Positions 1-13,510 of a stretch of DNA of 17,201 nucleotides are shown piece by piece (within the stretch, counting starts at the first letter, position 1; every line of letters starts with the position of its first letter). Source of the stretch: Candidatus Methylomirabilia bacterium (GTDB lineage Bacteria; Methylomirabilota; Methylomirabilia; Rokubacteriales; CSP1-6); the NCBI GenBank assembly GCA_041497895.1, contig JBGQHJ010000108.1, positions 1 to 17,201 on the forward strand, in the 5' to 3' direction. The notes under the pieces are model-generated. The model saw only the letters and a list, made by a program, of their open reading frames with translations, was not told the DNA's origin and did no database searches. The position numbers and the translations under genes were made by a program.

Positions 1-388
1 CCATCCAGCGGCCGATCTCGTTCCAGTCCTTGTCGAAGAACACCACCACCGGGATGGACTGGTAGCCGTTGTTGAGGAAGGTGTCGCGCAGGTCCGGGAC
101 CTGGTCGCGGAAGAACACCCGCAGCTCGGCGCCGGGCATCGCCTCGACGATGTGGGCGATCAGGGGCGAGTTGCGGTGGACGTCGCCGCACCAGTTCTCG
201 GCGAGCATCATGACGTGCTTGACGCCGGTCACGCTGCCGAAGAACTTCTGCTCTTCGTCGGTGAGCTTGGAGTTGGCGTAGTTCTGCTCGGTGCGGGCCC
301 GGGTGTCGCCCATCTGGGCCATGTAGTCCTTCCAGGTCATCCCGGTGGCAAAGCGCTTCGCGTCGAGGGGAATCGTCAGCTGAGCCAT
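1..388 (-). CDS. Thioredoxin-fold protein (Thioredoxin_9-like, monothiol WCGDV), 3' end outside window
   Basis: Manually translated (not in ORF track): ATG at 388 with GAGG SD at ~393-396; MAQLTIPLDAKRFATGMTWKDY...MMLAENWCGDVHRNSP...GYQSIPVVVFFDKDWNEIGRW. WCGD motif and downstream SIP cis-Pro motif fit the thioredoxin fold. Confidence 0.8.
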   Translation of the reverse strand, partial: MAQLTIPLDAKRFATGMTWKDYMAQMGDTRARTEQNYANSKLTDEEQKFFGSVTGVKHVMMLAENWCGDVHRNSPLIAHIVEAMPGAELRVFFRDQVPDLRDTFLNNGYQSIPVVVFFDKDWNEIGRWM

Positions 389-462
389 GTCGTCCTCGCT
401 TCGGTGAGAGTGATGGGTTTGGGGCTTCCGCTTACTGCTGCTCTTCTACCGCGCCGGCTAAC

Positions 463-508
463 TGCCTTGCACTCTTTGGTTTGCCAAATGCTTTGCACTC
501 GTTGGTTT
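463..508. repeat. AT-rich direct repeat, 2 x 20 bp with 26-bp period
   Basis: 463-482 tgccttgcactctttggttt vs 489-508 tgctttgcactcgttggttt (2 mismatches). Confidence 0.85.
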
Positions 509-512
509 ACGG

Positions 513-839
513 CTAAATACCTTTAAATGCTTCCCTTATGGTCGCCTCGCCTTTGGCTGCGGCTCCCCCTTCCATTGGCGCCAGCAGCATGATCTCCGCG
601 CCGTCCCTCAGGGGCGTGTCGCGCTCGGCCAGCTCGCCGTCCACGGCCGCGGTCAGGTCGGTCGAGCCGTCGATCCCGAGGACCGCGAGCAGGTCGGTCA
701 GGGTCGCGCCGGCCGCGAGCACGTGGCGCTGGGGGCCGTCCCCGCTCCCGGGCCGCCGGCGCCGGAGGGCGGCGGACAGGATGACGGTCACGGCGACCGT
801 CGGGGCGCCGGTGCGCGATGCGTCGTGAAGCCGGCTCAT
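513..839 (-). CDS. MoaD/ThiS-family ubiquitin-like sulfur carrier protein with C-terminal extension
   Basis: Beta-grasp pattern VTVILSAALRR...GATLTDLLAVLGI...AAVDGE...DTPLRDGAEIMLLAPMEGG, followed by 16 extra residues. Start uncertain: ATG 839 or in-frame GTG 791. Confidence 0.8.
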   Translation of the reverse strand: MSRLHDASRTGAPTVAVTVILSAALRRRRPGSGDGPQRHVLAAGATLTDLLAVLGIDGSTDLTAAVDGELAERDTPLRDGAEIMLLAPMEGGAAAKGEATIREAFKGI

Positions 840-850
840 GGCCAGGGCGG

Positions 851-858
851 AGTATACT
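851..858. promoter_or_regulatory. Palindromic AGTATACT giving a TATACT -10 box on both strands (candidate divergent promoter)
   Basis: The only AT-rich patch in the short gap between divergent genes; TATACT at 853-858 (+) and 851-856 (-). No clear -35. Confidence 0.5.
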
Positions 859-886
859 ACGCCGCGATGGGCTGGGGCTCGCCGCG

Positions 887-2358
<1,472 letters not shown>

Positions 2359-2362
2359 GCCC

Positions 2363-3289
2363 ATGGGCTGGAAGCGCAAGGATCTGCTCGGCATGCAGGA
2401 TCTGGAGGCGTCGGAGATCACCGACGTCCTCGACACCGCGATCTCCATGAAGGAGATCGCGGCGCGCGAGATCAAGAAGGTCCCGACCCTCCGGGGCAAG
2501 ACGGTCGTGAACCTGTTCTACGAGTCCTCGACGAGGACCCGCACCTCGTTCGAGATCGCGGGCAAGTGGCTCTCCGCCGACGTCATCAACTTCTCCGCCT
2601 CCGGGTCGAGCGCGGACAAGGGGGAGAGCCTGCTCGACACCGCCCGGAACATCGAGGCCATGAGCCCCGACGTGGTGGTGGTGCGCCACAAGGCCTCCGG
2701 CGCTCCCGCGCTGCTGGCCCGGCACCTGCGCTGCGGGGTGGTCAACGCGGGCGACGGGGCCCACGAGCACCCGACCCAGGCCCTCCTCGACCTCATGACG
2801 ATCCGAGAGAAGAAAGGCCATCTCGAGGGGCTCAACGTCACGATCGTGGGCGACATCACCCACAGCCGGGTCGCCCGCTCCAACATCTTCGGGATGCGCA
2901 AGATGGGCATCACGGTCACGGTGGCGGGTCCGCCCACCCTGATCCCGCCCCAGTGCCAGGAGCTGGGCGTGAAGGTGAGCCACCGCCTCGAGGAGGCCAT
3001 CGCGAGCGCCGACGTGATCATGATGCTGCGGCTGCAGCACGAGCGGATGGAGGGAGGCTTCATTCCGTCGCTCCGCGAGTACTCGCGGGTGTGGGGCCTC
3101 TCGCTCGCCAGGCTCAAGCCCTGTCGGCCCGACGTCCTGATCATGCACCCCGGCCCGGTGAACCGCGGCGTGGAGCTCTCCCCCGAGGTGGCGGACAGCC
3201 CCTTCTCGGTGATCCTCGACCAGGTCGCCAACGGCGTCGCGGTGCGCATGGCGGTGCTCTACCTGCTCGCCGGGAGCAAGAGCGCATGA
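2363..3289 (+). CDS. pyrB: Aspartate carbamoyltransferase catalytic subunit
   Basis: [53 protein letters not shown]. Confidence 0.97.
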   Translation: MGWKRKDLLGMQDLEASEITDVLDTAISMKEIAAREIKKVPTLRGKTVVNLFYESSTRTRTSFEIAGKWLSADVINFSASGSSADKGESLLDTARNIEAMSPDVVVVRHKASGAPALLARHLRCGVVNAGDGAHEHPTQALLDLMTIREKKGHLEGLNVTIVGDITHSRVARSNIFGMRKMGITVTVAGPPTLIPPQCQELGVKVSHRLEEAIASADVIMMLRLQHERMEGGFIPSLREYSRVWGLSLARLKPCRPDVLIMHPGPVNRGVELSPEVADSPFSVILDQVANGVAVRMAVLYLLAGSKSA

Positions 3290-4556
3290 GCCTCCTGATC
3301 CGGAACGGCCGCGTGGTGGATCCCGCCGGCGGCACCGACGCGGTAGCCGACGTGTCGGTCGCGGAGGGGCGCATCCACAAGATCGGGCGCGGGCTCAAGG
3401 CGCCCACGGGCACCGAGATCATCGACGCCACCGGCAAGGTGGTCTGCCCGGGCTTCATCGACATGCACGTGCACCTCCGCGAGCCCGGCTTCGAGTACAA
3501 GGAGACGATCGCGAGCGGGACCCGCGCCGCGGCGGCGGGCGGCTTCACCGCGGTGGCCTGCATGGCCAACACCTTCCCGGTCAACGACAACCGGGCGGTC
3601 ACCGACTACATCCTGGCCCGCGCGAAGGTCGAGGGCGTGGTGCGCGTGTACCCGATCGGCGCGGTCACCCGCAATCTCGAGGGCACCCAGCTCGCCGAGA
3701 TGGCGGAGCAGGCGGAGGCCGGCTGCGTGGCCTTCTCCGACGACGGCAAGTGCGTGATGAACGCGGAGCTCTACCGCCGGGCCATGGAGTACGCCCTGCC
3801 CTTCGGCACCCCGATCATCAGCCACGCCGAGGACTGTCACCTGGCCCACGGGGCGCCCATGAACGAGGGCCTCGTGTCCACCGAGCTCGGGCTCTCCGGT
3901 CAGCCCGGCGCGGCGGAGGACGTGATGGTGGCGCGCGACATCATCCTCGCCGAGCTCACCGGCGCGCACCTGCACGTCGCCCACATCTCGACTGCGGGCG
4001 CGGTGCGGCTGGTGCGCGAGGCCAAGGCGCGCGGCGTCCGGGTCACCGCGGAGGTGACCCCGCACCACCTCGTGCTGACCGACGAGGCGGTGCGCACCTA
4101 CGATCCCAACTGCAAGATGGCCCCCCCGCTGCGGACGAAGCGCGACGTGGAGGCGTGCCTCGAGGCGCTGGTCGACGGCACCATCGACTGCGTGGCCACC
4201 GACCACGCCCCGCACGCCCTGTCCGAGAAGGAGAGCGAGTTCGCGGAGGCGGCCAACGGCGTCGTCGGGCTCGAGACCGCGGTCTCGCTGCTGCTCGACC
4301 GTCTGGTACGCCCGGGCGTGCTGGACCTGCCCACGCTGGTCGCCCGGCTCAGCACCGGGCCGGCGCGCCTGCTGAACCTGCCCGGCGGCAGCCTCGCGCC
4401 CGGCGCGGCCGCCGACATCACCATCCTCGACCTCGAGCAGGCCTGGACGGTGGATCCTTCCACGTTCCAGTCGCGGAGCCGGAACACGCCCTTCGCCGGC
4501 TTTACCGGACGCGGCGCCCCGTGGATGACGCTGGTCGGCGGCGTCAAGGTAACGCC

Positions 4557-4560
<4 letters not shown>
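3286..4560 (+). CDS. pyrC: Dihydroorotase (long, class I type)
   Basis: ATGA overlap with pyrB stop; [57 protein letters not shown]. Confidence 0.96.
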
Positions 4561-5681
<1,121 letters not shown>

Positions 5682-5684
5682 GCC

Positions 5685-5951
5685 ATGCCCAAGTACCTCA
5701 TCGCCTACCGCAAGACCGAGGAATCGGGCCAGAAGCCGGACTGGGCGGTCTTCACCACCGACAGCGATCTGAGCCTCGAGGCGCACGCGGTCAAGGAGCG
5801 CGTCGAGAAGCGCATGAGCGTGCTCGGCGAGAAGCTCTGGGGCAACGGCGAGGTCCTGTGGATCGGCAACGGCCGCCTCGACGACGTGCTCTACCGGCGG
5901 GACGAGGCCGCGCCGGAGATCTCGATCGTGTACGGGTCGATCGACGCCTAG
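5685..5951 (+). CDS. Hypothetical protein (88 aa) within pyr operon
   Basis: AGGGAG SD at 5671-5676; fills the carA-carB gap; host-like G/C third positions; stop overlaps the carB SD. No family recognised. Confidence 0.85.
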   Translation: MPKYLIAYRKTEESGQKPDWAVFTTDSDLSLEAHAVKERVEKRMSVLGEKLWGNGEVLWIGNGRLDDVLYRRDEAAPEISIVYGSIDA

Positions 5952-5959
5952 GAGCACGC

Positions 5960-9199
<3,240 letters not shown>

Positions 9200-9206
9200 G
9201 GGATCC

Positions 9207-9935
9207 ATGCATCCGCCCACCAACGTCAAGGACCGCCTGATCGTCGCGCTCGACGTCGAGACCCTCGCCGAGGCCGAGCGGATGGCCGGCCGCCTCGAGG
9301 GGCTGGTCACCCGCTTCAAGATCGGCTCCCAGCTCTTCACCGCCGCGGGGCCCGGCGCGGTCGAGACCATCCAGAAGCGTGGTGCGGAGGTCTTCCTCGA
9401 CCTCAAGTTCCACGACATCCCCAACACCGTGGCGGGCGCGGCGCGCGAGGCGACCCGGATGGGCGTGCTGATCTTCAACGTCCACGCCTCCGGCGGGCGC
9501 GCCATGATGGCGGCGGCGGCCGAGGGAGCCGCCACCGCGGCCCGGGAGCTGGGCGTCCGGCGCCCGATCGTCCTCGCGGTCACCGTGCTCACGAGCCTCG
9601 ACCGGGGCGCGCTCGGCCGCGAGCTGGGGGTGGCCGACTCGGTCGAGGGCCACGTGCTCCACCTGGCCGCCCTCGCCGCCGCGGCGGGGCTCGACGGCTG
9701 CGTGGCTTCTCCCAACGAGATCGGCGCGCTGCGGACCAGCCGGGGGCCGGGCTGGGTGATCGTCACGCCGGGGGTGCGGCCGGCGGGCAGCGCGGTCGGC
9801 GACCAGTCCCGCATCGCCACGCCCGGCGCGGCCGTGACCGCCGGCGCGCACTATCTGGTTGTCGGCCGGCCGATCACCGCCGCGTCCGACCCGGCCCGCG
9901 CGGCGGAGGCGGTGCTGCGGGAGATGGGCGCATGA
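9207..9935 (+). CDS. pyrF: Orotidine-5'-phosphate decarboxylase
   Basis: LIVALD, FKIG, FLDLKFHDIPNTV, NVHASGG, VTVLTS, VTPGVRP, DQSRIATP, LVVGRPIT. Confidence 0.97.
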   Translation: MHPPTNVKDRLIVALDVETLAEAERMAGRLEGLVTRFKIGSQLFTAAGPGAVETIQKRGAEVFLDLKFHDIPNTVAGAAREATRMGVLIFNVHASGGRAMMAAAAEGAATAARELGVRRPIVLAVTVLTSLDRGALGRELGVADSVEGHVLHLAALAAAAGLDGCVASPNEIGALRTSRGPGWVIVTPGVRPAGSAVGDQSRIATPGAAVTAGAHYLVVGRPITAASDPARAAEAVLREMGA

Positions 9936-10546
9936 GCGCGGACACCGGCCACGCGACCCTGATCCGGCGGCTCTTCGAGATCGGCGCGATCCGCTTCGGC
10001 GAGTTCACGCTCAAGTCCGGTATCGTCTCGCCGTTCTACATCGATCTGCGCGTGGTCATCTCCTTCCCCGACGTCCTCGAGCAGATCGGCGCGCTCATGG
10101 CCACGCTGGTGAGCCGGTGCGGAGGCGACCGGGTGGGCGGCATTCCCTACGCCGGCCTGCCCCTGGCGGTCGCGGCCAGTCTGGCCGGACGCGTCCCGCT
10201 CATCTATCCAAGACGCGAGGAGAAGGGCTACGGTACCCGCAAGCGCATCGAGGGGCAGTTCAAGCCCGGCGAGCGCGTGGTGCTCATCGACGACATCATC
10301 ACCGACGGGGCGAGCAAGATCGAGGCGATCGCCCCGCTCGAGGAGGCGGGCCTGGTGGTGCGCGACCTCGTCATCCTGGTGGACCGCGAGCAGGGCGGCC
10401 GCGAGCTGCTCGCCGCCCGCGGCTACACGCTGCACGCGGTGCTGACCATCTCCCAGTGTTTCGACGAGGGAGAGCGGGCCGGGCTGGCCCCGGTGGACCT
10501 GATCCGCCGGTCCCGGGAGTTCCTCAAGGTCACCCGGTTCGCCTGA
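9932..10546 (+). CDS. pyrE: Orotate phosphoribosyltransferase
   Basis: FGEFTLKSGIVSPFYIDLR, RREEKGYGT, VLIDDIITDGAS, VDREQGG; ATGA overlap with pyrF. Confidence 0.95.
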   Translation: MSADTGHATLIRRLFEIGAIRFGEFTLKSGIVSPFYIDLRVVISFPDVLEQIGALMATLVSRCGGDRVGGIPYAGLPLAVAASLAGRVPLIYPRREEKGYGTRKRIEGQFKPGERVVLIDDIITDGASKIEAIAPLEEAGLVVRDLVILVDREQGGRELLAARGYTLHAVLTISQCFDEGERAGLAPVDLIRRSREFLKVTRFA

Positions 10547-11076
10547 TGCCGGCGGCGAGCGACGGACCGGGCGAGATCCTCGTGGAACGCGAGGCGATCG
10601 GGGCCGACGTCGCCCGGCTGGCGGCCCAGATCTCGGCCGACTACCAGGGCCGGCCGGTCCACCTGATCGGGGTGCTCAAGGGCTCGGCCGTCTTCCTGGC
10701 CGACCTGATGCGGGCGATCACGGTCCCGGTCACGGTGGACTTCATCTCGGTCGGGGCCTACGGGCCCACCATCACCGCCTCGGGCGTGGTGCGCATCCGC
10801 AAGGACCTCGACGAGCCGATCGAGGGCCGCGACATCGTGGTGGTGGAGGGCATCTGCGCGAGCGGGCGCACCCTGGCCTACTTGCTGCGGAACTTCCAGA
10901 CGCGGAACCCGGCCTCGATCCGGGTCTGCGCGCTGCTGGCCAAGCAGTGCCCCCGCTCCCAGGAGCTGACCCTGCACTACGTGGGCCGGGAGATCCCCGA
11001 CGTGTTCGTGGTGGGCTACGGCCTCGACCGGGACGAGCGCTTCCGCAACCTGCCCCATATCGCCCGTCTCGCCTAG
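10546..11076 (+). CDS. hpt: Hypoxanthine phosphoribosyltransferase homologue with degenerate PRPP-binding motif (176 aa)
   Basis: TGATG overlap with pyrE stop; GVLKGS.VFLADLMRAI, SGVVRIRKDLDEPIEGRD, FVVGYGLD..ERFRNLP are HPRT-like, but the signature reads VVVEGICASGRT. Confidence 0.85.
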   Translation: MPAASDGPGEILVEREAIGADVARLAAQISADYQGRPVHLIGVLKGSAVFLADLMRAITVPVTVDFISVGAYGPTITASGVVRIRKDLDEPIEGRDIVVVEGICASGRTLAYLLRNFQTRNPASIRVCALLAKQCPRSQELTLHYVGREIPDVFVVGYGLDRDERFRNLPHIARLA

Positions 11077-11117
11077 AGCCCCTTCCGCAGGTGTCGGGCG
11101 CTTTATCCCACTTGGGG

Positions 11118-11123
11118 TATGCT
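11118..11123 (+). promoter_or_regulatory. Candidate -10 box of a leaderless transcript
   Basis: TATGCT 6 nt before GTG 11130; no SD upstream of the start. Confidence 0.5.
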
Positions 11124-11129
11124 TTCCTG

Positions 11130-11765
11130 GTGAAGCTTCCACGACGAATCCTCGCGGCGGCCGGGCTCCTGGCCGCGCTCGCCTTCTCGATCGCGCTCGC
11201 CGGCTGCGAGAGCAGCGGCGTCTCCCGCACCGTACAGATGGCGGAGCGTCCGGTGTGGTCCGCGGGCGACTCCTGGACCTACCGGGGGCGCGGCCCCGCC
11301 GGCGCGTACACCGTCACTCGCAAGGTACTGCGCGAGGGGATCTTCGCGGCCCGGGACTGCTACCAGATCGAGGCGGGCGACGCCCGCTACTGGTACACGA
11401 AGCAGCTCGGCTACCTGGCGCGGACGAACGGGGAGAAGACGGTGCGGCTCGCCGCGCCGCCCGAGGACTGGCAGTGGCCCCTGCAGGTCGGCAAGCAGTG
11501 GTCGGCGACCGTGACCTGGACCGACGGCGGCGAGCAGGAGCGGACCTACGTCCTCACCGGGGTCTGGATGGTGGAGGCCTACGAGGAGGTCAAGGTCCCG
11601 GCGGGGACGTTCAAGGCCTTCAAGGTCTCCCGCCGCGAGATCGAGAGCGGCGCCTCCCAGGACTTCTGGTATAGCCCGGAGGCCAAGGGCTGGGTCAAGA
11701 TCCGCGGCACCAACACCGCGGACGGCAACTACGAGGAAGAGCTCACCGCCTACACCGCGCGCTGA
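11130..11765 (+). CDS. Hypothetical lipoprotein (211 aa)
   Basis: Basic N-terminus (M)KLPRR, hydrophobic stretch, lipobox LAG-C; beta-rich aromatic mature part with WSAGDSWTY and EEVKVPAGTFKAFKV. Confidence 0.8.
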   Translation: MKLPRRILAAAGLLAALAFSIALAGCESSGVSRTVQMAERPVWSAGDSWTYRGRGPAGAYTVTRKVLREGIFAARDCYQIEAGDARYWYTKQLGYLARTNGEKTVRLAAPPEDWQWPLQVGKQWSATVTWTDGGEQERTYVLTGVWMVEAYEEVKVPAGTFKAFKVSRREIESGASQDFWYSPEAKGWVKIRGTNTADGNYEEELTAYTAR

Positions 11766-11768
11766 CCC

Positions 11769-12584
11769 TCAGCGCTCCCGGTTCTCCGGGCGCCAGCGCA
11801 GCAGCCGCGCCTCGAGCTGCTTGATCCCGAGCGCCATCACGATGCCGATCGCGCCCAGCACGAAGAGCGCGACCATCATGTCCGCCGCGTTGAGGGTGCC
11901 CAGCGACTGGATGATCAGGTAGCCCAGCCCGCCCCCCGATTCGCCCCCGATGAACTCGCCCACCACCACCCCGATGAGGGCGAACGAGATCGAGGGCGTG
12001 AGCGACGCGAAGGTCCAGGCGAGCGCGGAGGGCACGATCACGCTGGTCATGATCTGGCGCTCCGAGGCCCCCAGGAAGCGCGCGGAGTGGATGAGGTCGG
12101 CGTCGACGCTGCGCGCGCCCTGGAAGGTGTTGAAGAACACGATGAAGAACACGATGCTCCACGCGAGCACGATCTTGGCGAGCAGGCCGAAGCCGAAGAT
12201 CATGGTGATGAGCGGCACGAGCGCGATGCGGGGCAGCGAGTTGAACGCCACGATGTAGGGCTGGAACACGCGGGCCGGCCGGTCGCTCCGCCCGAGCACG
12301 AGGCCCGCCACGAAGCCGGTGGAGACGCCGGCCAGGAAACCCCAGATGGTGGACTGCACGGTGGACAGCGCCATCTGCCAGATGGTGAGCCGCACCCGGG
12401 GCGACATCAGGTAGACGAAGCGCTCCGCGATCGCGGACGGCCGGCTGATGAAGAACGGATCGATCCAGTAGAGCCCCGGCGTCTTCGAGATCGCCTTGAT
12501 GCCGGTCAGGTACTGCCAGCCGACCAGCATTACCGCGAGGATCAGCACCTGCCAGGCCAGGACGCGAAGGCGGTCCTTTGTCAT
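11769..12584 (-). CDS. ABC transporter permease, NitT/TauT (SsuC/TauC-like) family
   Basis: Multiple TM segments; PYIVAFNSLPRIALVP, EAA-type loop SARFLGASERQI, VVVGEFIG...GLGYLI. Confidence 0.93.
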   Translation of the reverse strand: MTKDRLRVLAWQVLILAVMLVGWQYLTGIKAISKTPGLYWIDPFFISRPSAIAERFVYLMSPRVRLTIWQMALSTVQSTIWGFLAGVSTGFVAGLVLGRSDRPARVFQPYIVAFNSLPRIALVPLITMIFGFGLLAKIVLAWSIVFFIVFFNTFQGARSVDADLIHSARFLGASERQIMTSVIVPSALAWTFASLTPSISFALIGVVVGEFIGGESGGGLGYLIIQSLGTLNAADMMVALFVLGAIGIVMALGIKQLEARLLRWRPENRER

Positions 12585-12629
12585 GTACGCCGTTTGTCTG
12601 CTTCCACACGGACCCGCCCCTTGTTCATC

Positions 12630-12665
12630 TGCGGGGGCCCAGACATGGCCCCCGCACTCCCCCAG
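12630..12665 (+). repeat. REP-like palindromic element, copy 1
   Basis: TGCGGGGGCC-CAGACAT-GGCCCCCGCA-CTCCCCCAG; 10-bp perfect stem; 35/36 identical to the reverse complement of 16532-16567. Confidence 0.9.
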
Positions 12666-12711
12666 CCGGCGGACAACCCGCGCGGCGGACGACCCGCGGA
12701 GTCTCGCTTGA

Positions 12712-13500
12712 TCATGCGGTTGGCGCCCGGAACTCCTCGCCGAGCGCGTGCCAGATTTCCCCGTACTCCCGAGAATACTCAGCGGTCTCGCGCAGGCGGA
12801 TCACGTCGCGGGGGCGCGGCAGCTGCACGTCGTAGAGAAGCTTGATGCGCCCGGGCCGGCGGGTCATCACCACGATGCGGTCGGCCAGGGTGATGGCCTC
12901 CGAGAGATCGTGGGTGACGAAGATCACGGTCTGCTGCTTGGCCTGCCAGATCGCGAGCAGCTCGGCGTGGAGGTTCAGCTTGGTGTGGGTGTCGAGCGCG
13001 CCGAAGGGCTCGTCCATCAATAGGATCTCCGGATCGACCACCAGCGAGCGCATCAGGGCCACCCGCTGTCGCATCCCGCCGGAGAGCGTGGCCGGGAAGG
13101 CGTCCTCGAAGCCCTGCAGCCCGGCGAGCGCGATGGCCTCGCGGACGCGCGCGCCACGCGCGGCCGGCGGCACGTTGCGGTACTCGAGCCCGAGCGCGAT
13201 GTTCCGCTCCACGGTCCGCCAGGGAAAGACGGTGTCCTTCTGGAACACGTAGCCGACCTGGGGCGGCGGGGCGCCGGTGATCCGCACGCCGTCCACCACG
13301 ATCTCGCCGTCCGAGGGAGCGACGAGACCGCCGATCATGTTCAGGATCGTCGACTTCCCGCAGCCGGAGGGCCCCACGATGGCCACGAACTCGCGCTCGT
13401 GGACGTCGAAGGATACCGGGGAGACGGCCGGGACCTCTCGAGGCCCCTGGCCGAAGGTCTTCGAGAGGTTCCGGATCGAGACGCGAGCGCGCGGCGCCAC
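12712..13500 (-). CDS. ABC transporter ATP-binding protein, NitT/TauT family
   Basis: Walker A GPSGCGKST, signature LSGGMRQR, Walker B LLMDEPFGALD, VTHDLSEAI.LADR. Confidence 0.96.
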   Translation of the reverse strand: MAPRARVSIRNLSKTFGQGPREVPAVSPVSFDVHEREFVAIVGPSGCGKSTILNMIGGLVAPSDGEIVVDGVRITGAPPPQVGYVFQKDTVFPWRTVERNIALGLEYRNVPPAARGARVREAIALAGLQGFEDAFPATLSGGMRQRVALMRSLVVDPEILLMDEPFGALDTHTKLNLHAELLAIWQAKQQTVIFVTHDLSEAITLADRIVVMTRRPGRIKLLYDVQLPRPRDVIRLRETAEYSREYGEIWHALGEEFRAPTA

Positions 13501-13510
13501 TGCCGCCGGC

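Noticed and set aside
69..526. Plus-strand ORFs 69-281 and 152-526
   Set aside because: Antisense to the thioredoxin-like gene, which has an SD and family motifs.
456..532. Possible CRISPR remnant
   Set aside because: Only two copies separated by 6 nt; no spacer-length sequence.
533..572. Minus-strand GGAGCCGCAGCCAAAGGCGAG loosely resembles a 23S rRNA segment
   Set aside because: Very short and imperfect, no flanking rRNA similarity, and it overlaps a coding frame.
11077..11120. Terminator after the hpt-like gene
   Set aside because: Only weak pairings and no U-tract; cannot support an intrinsic terminator.
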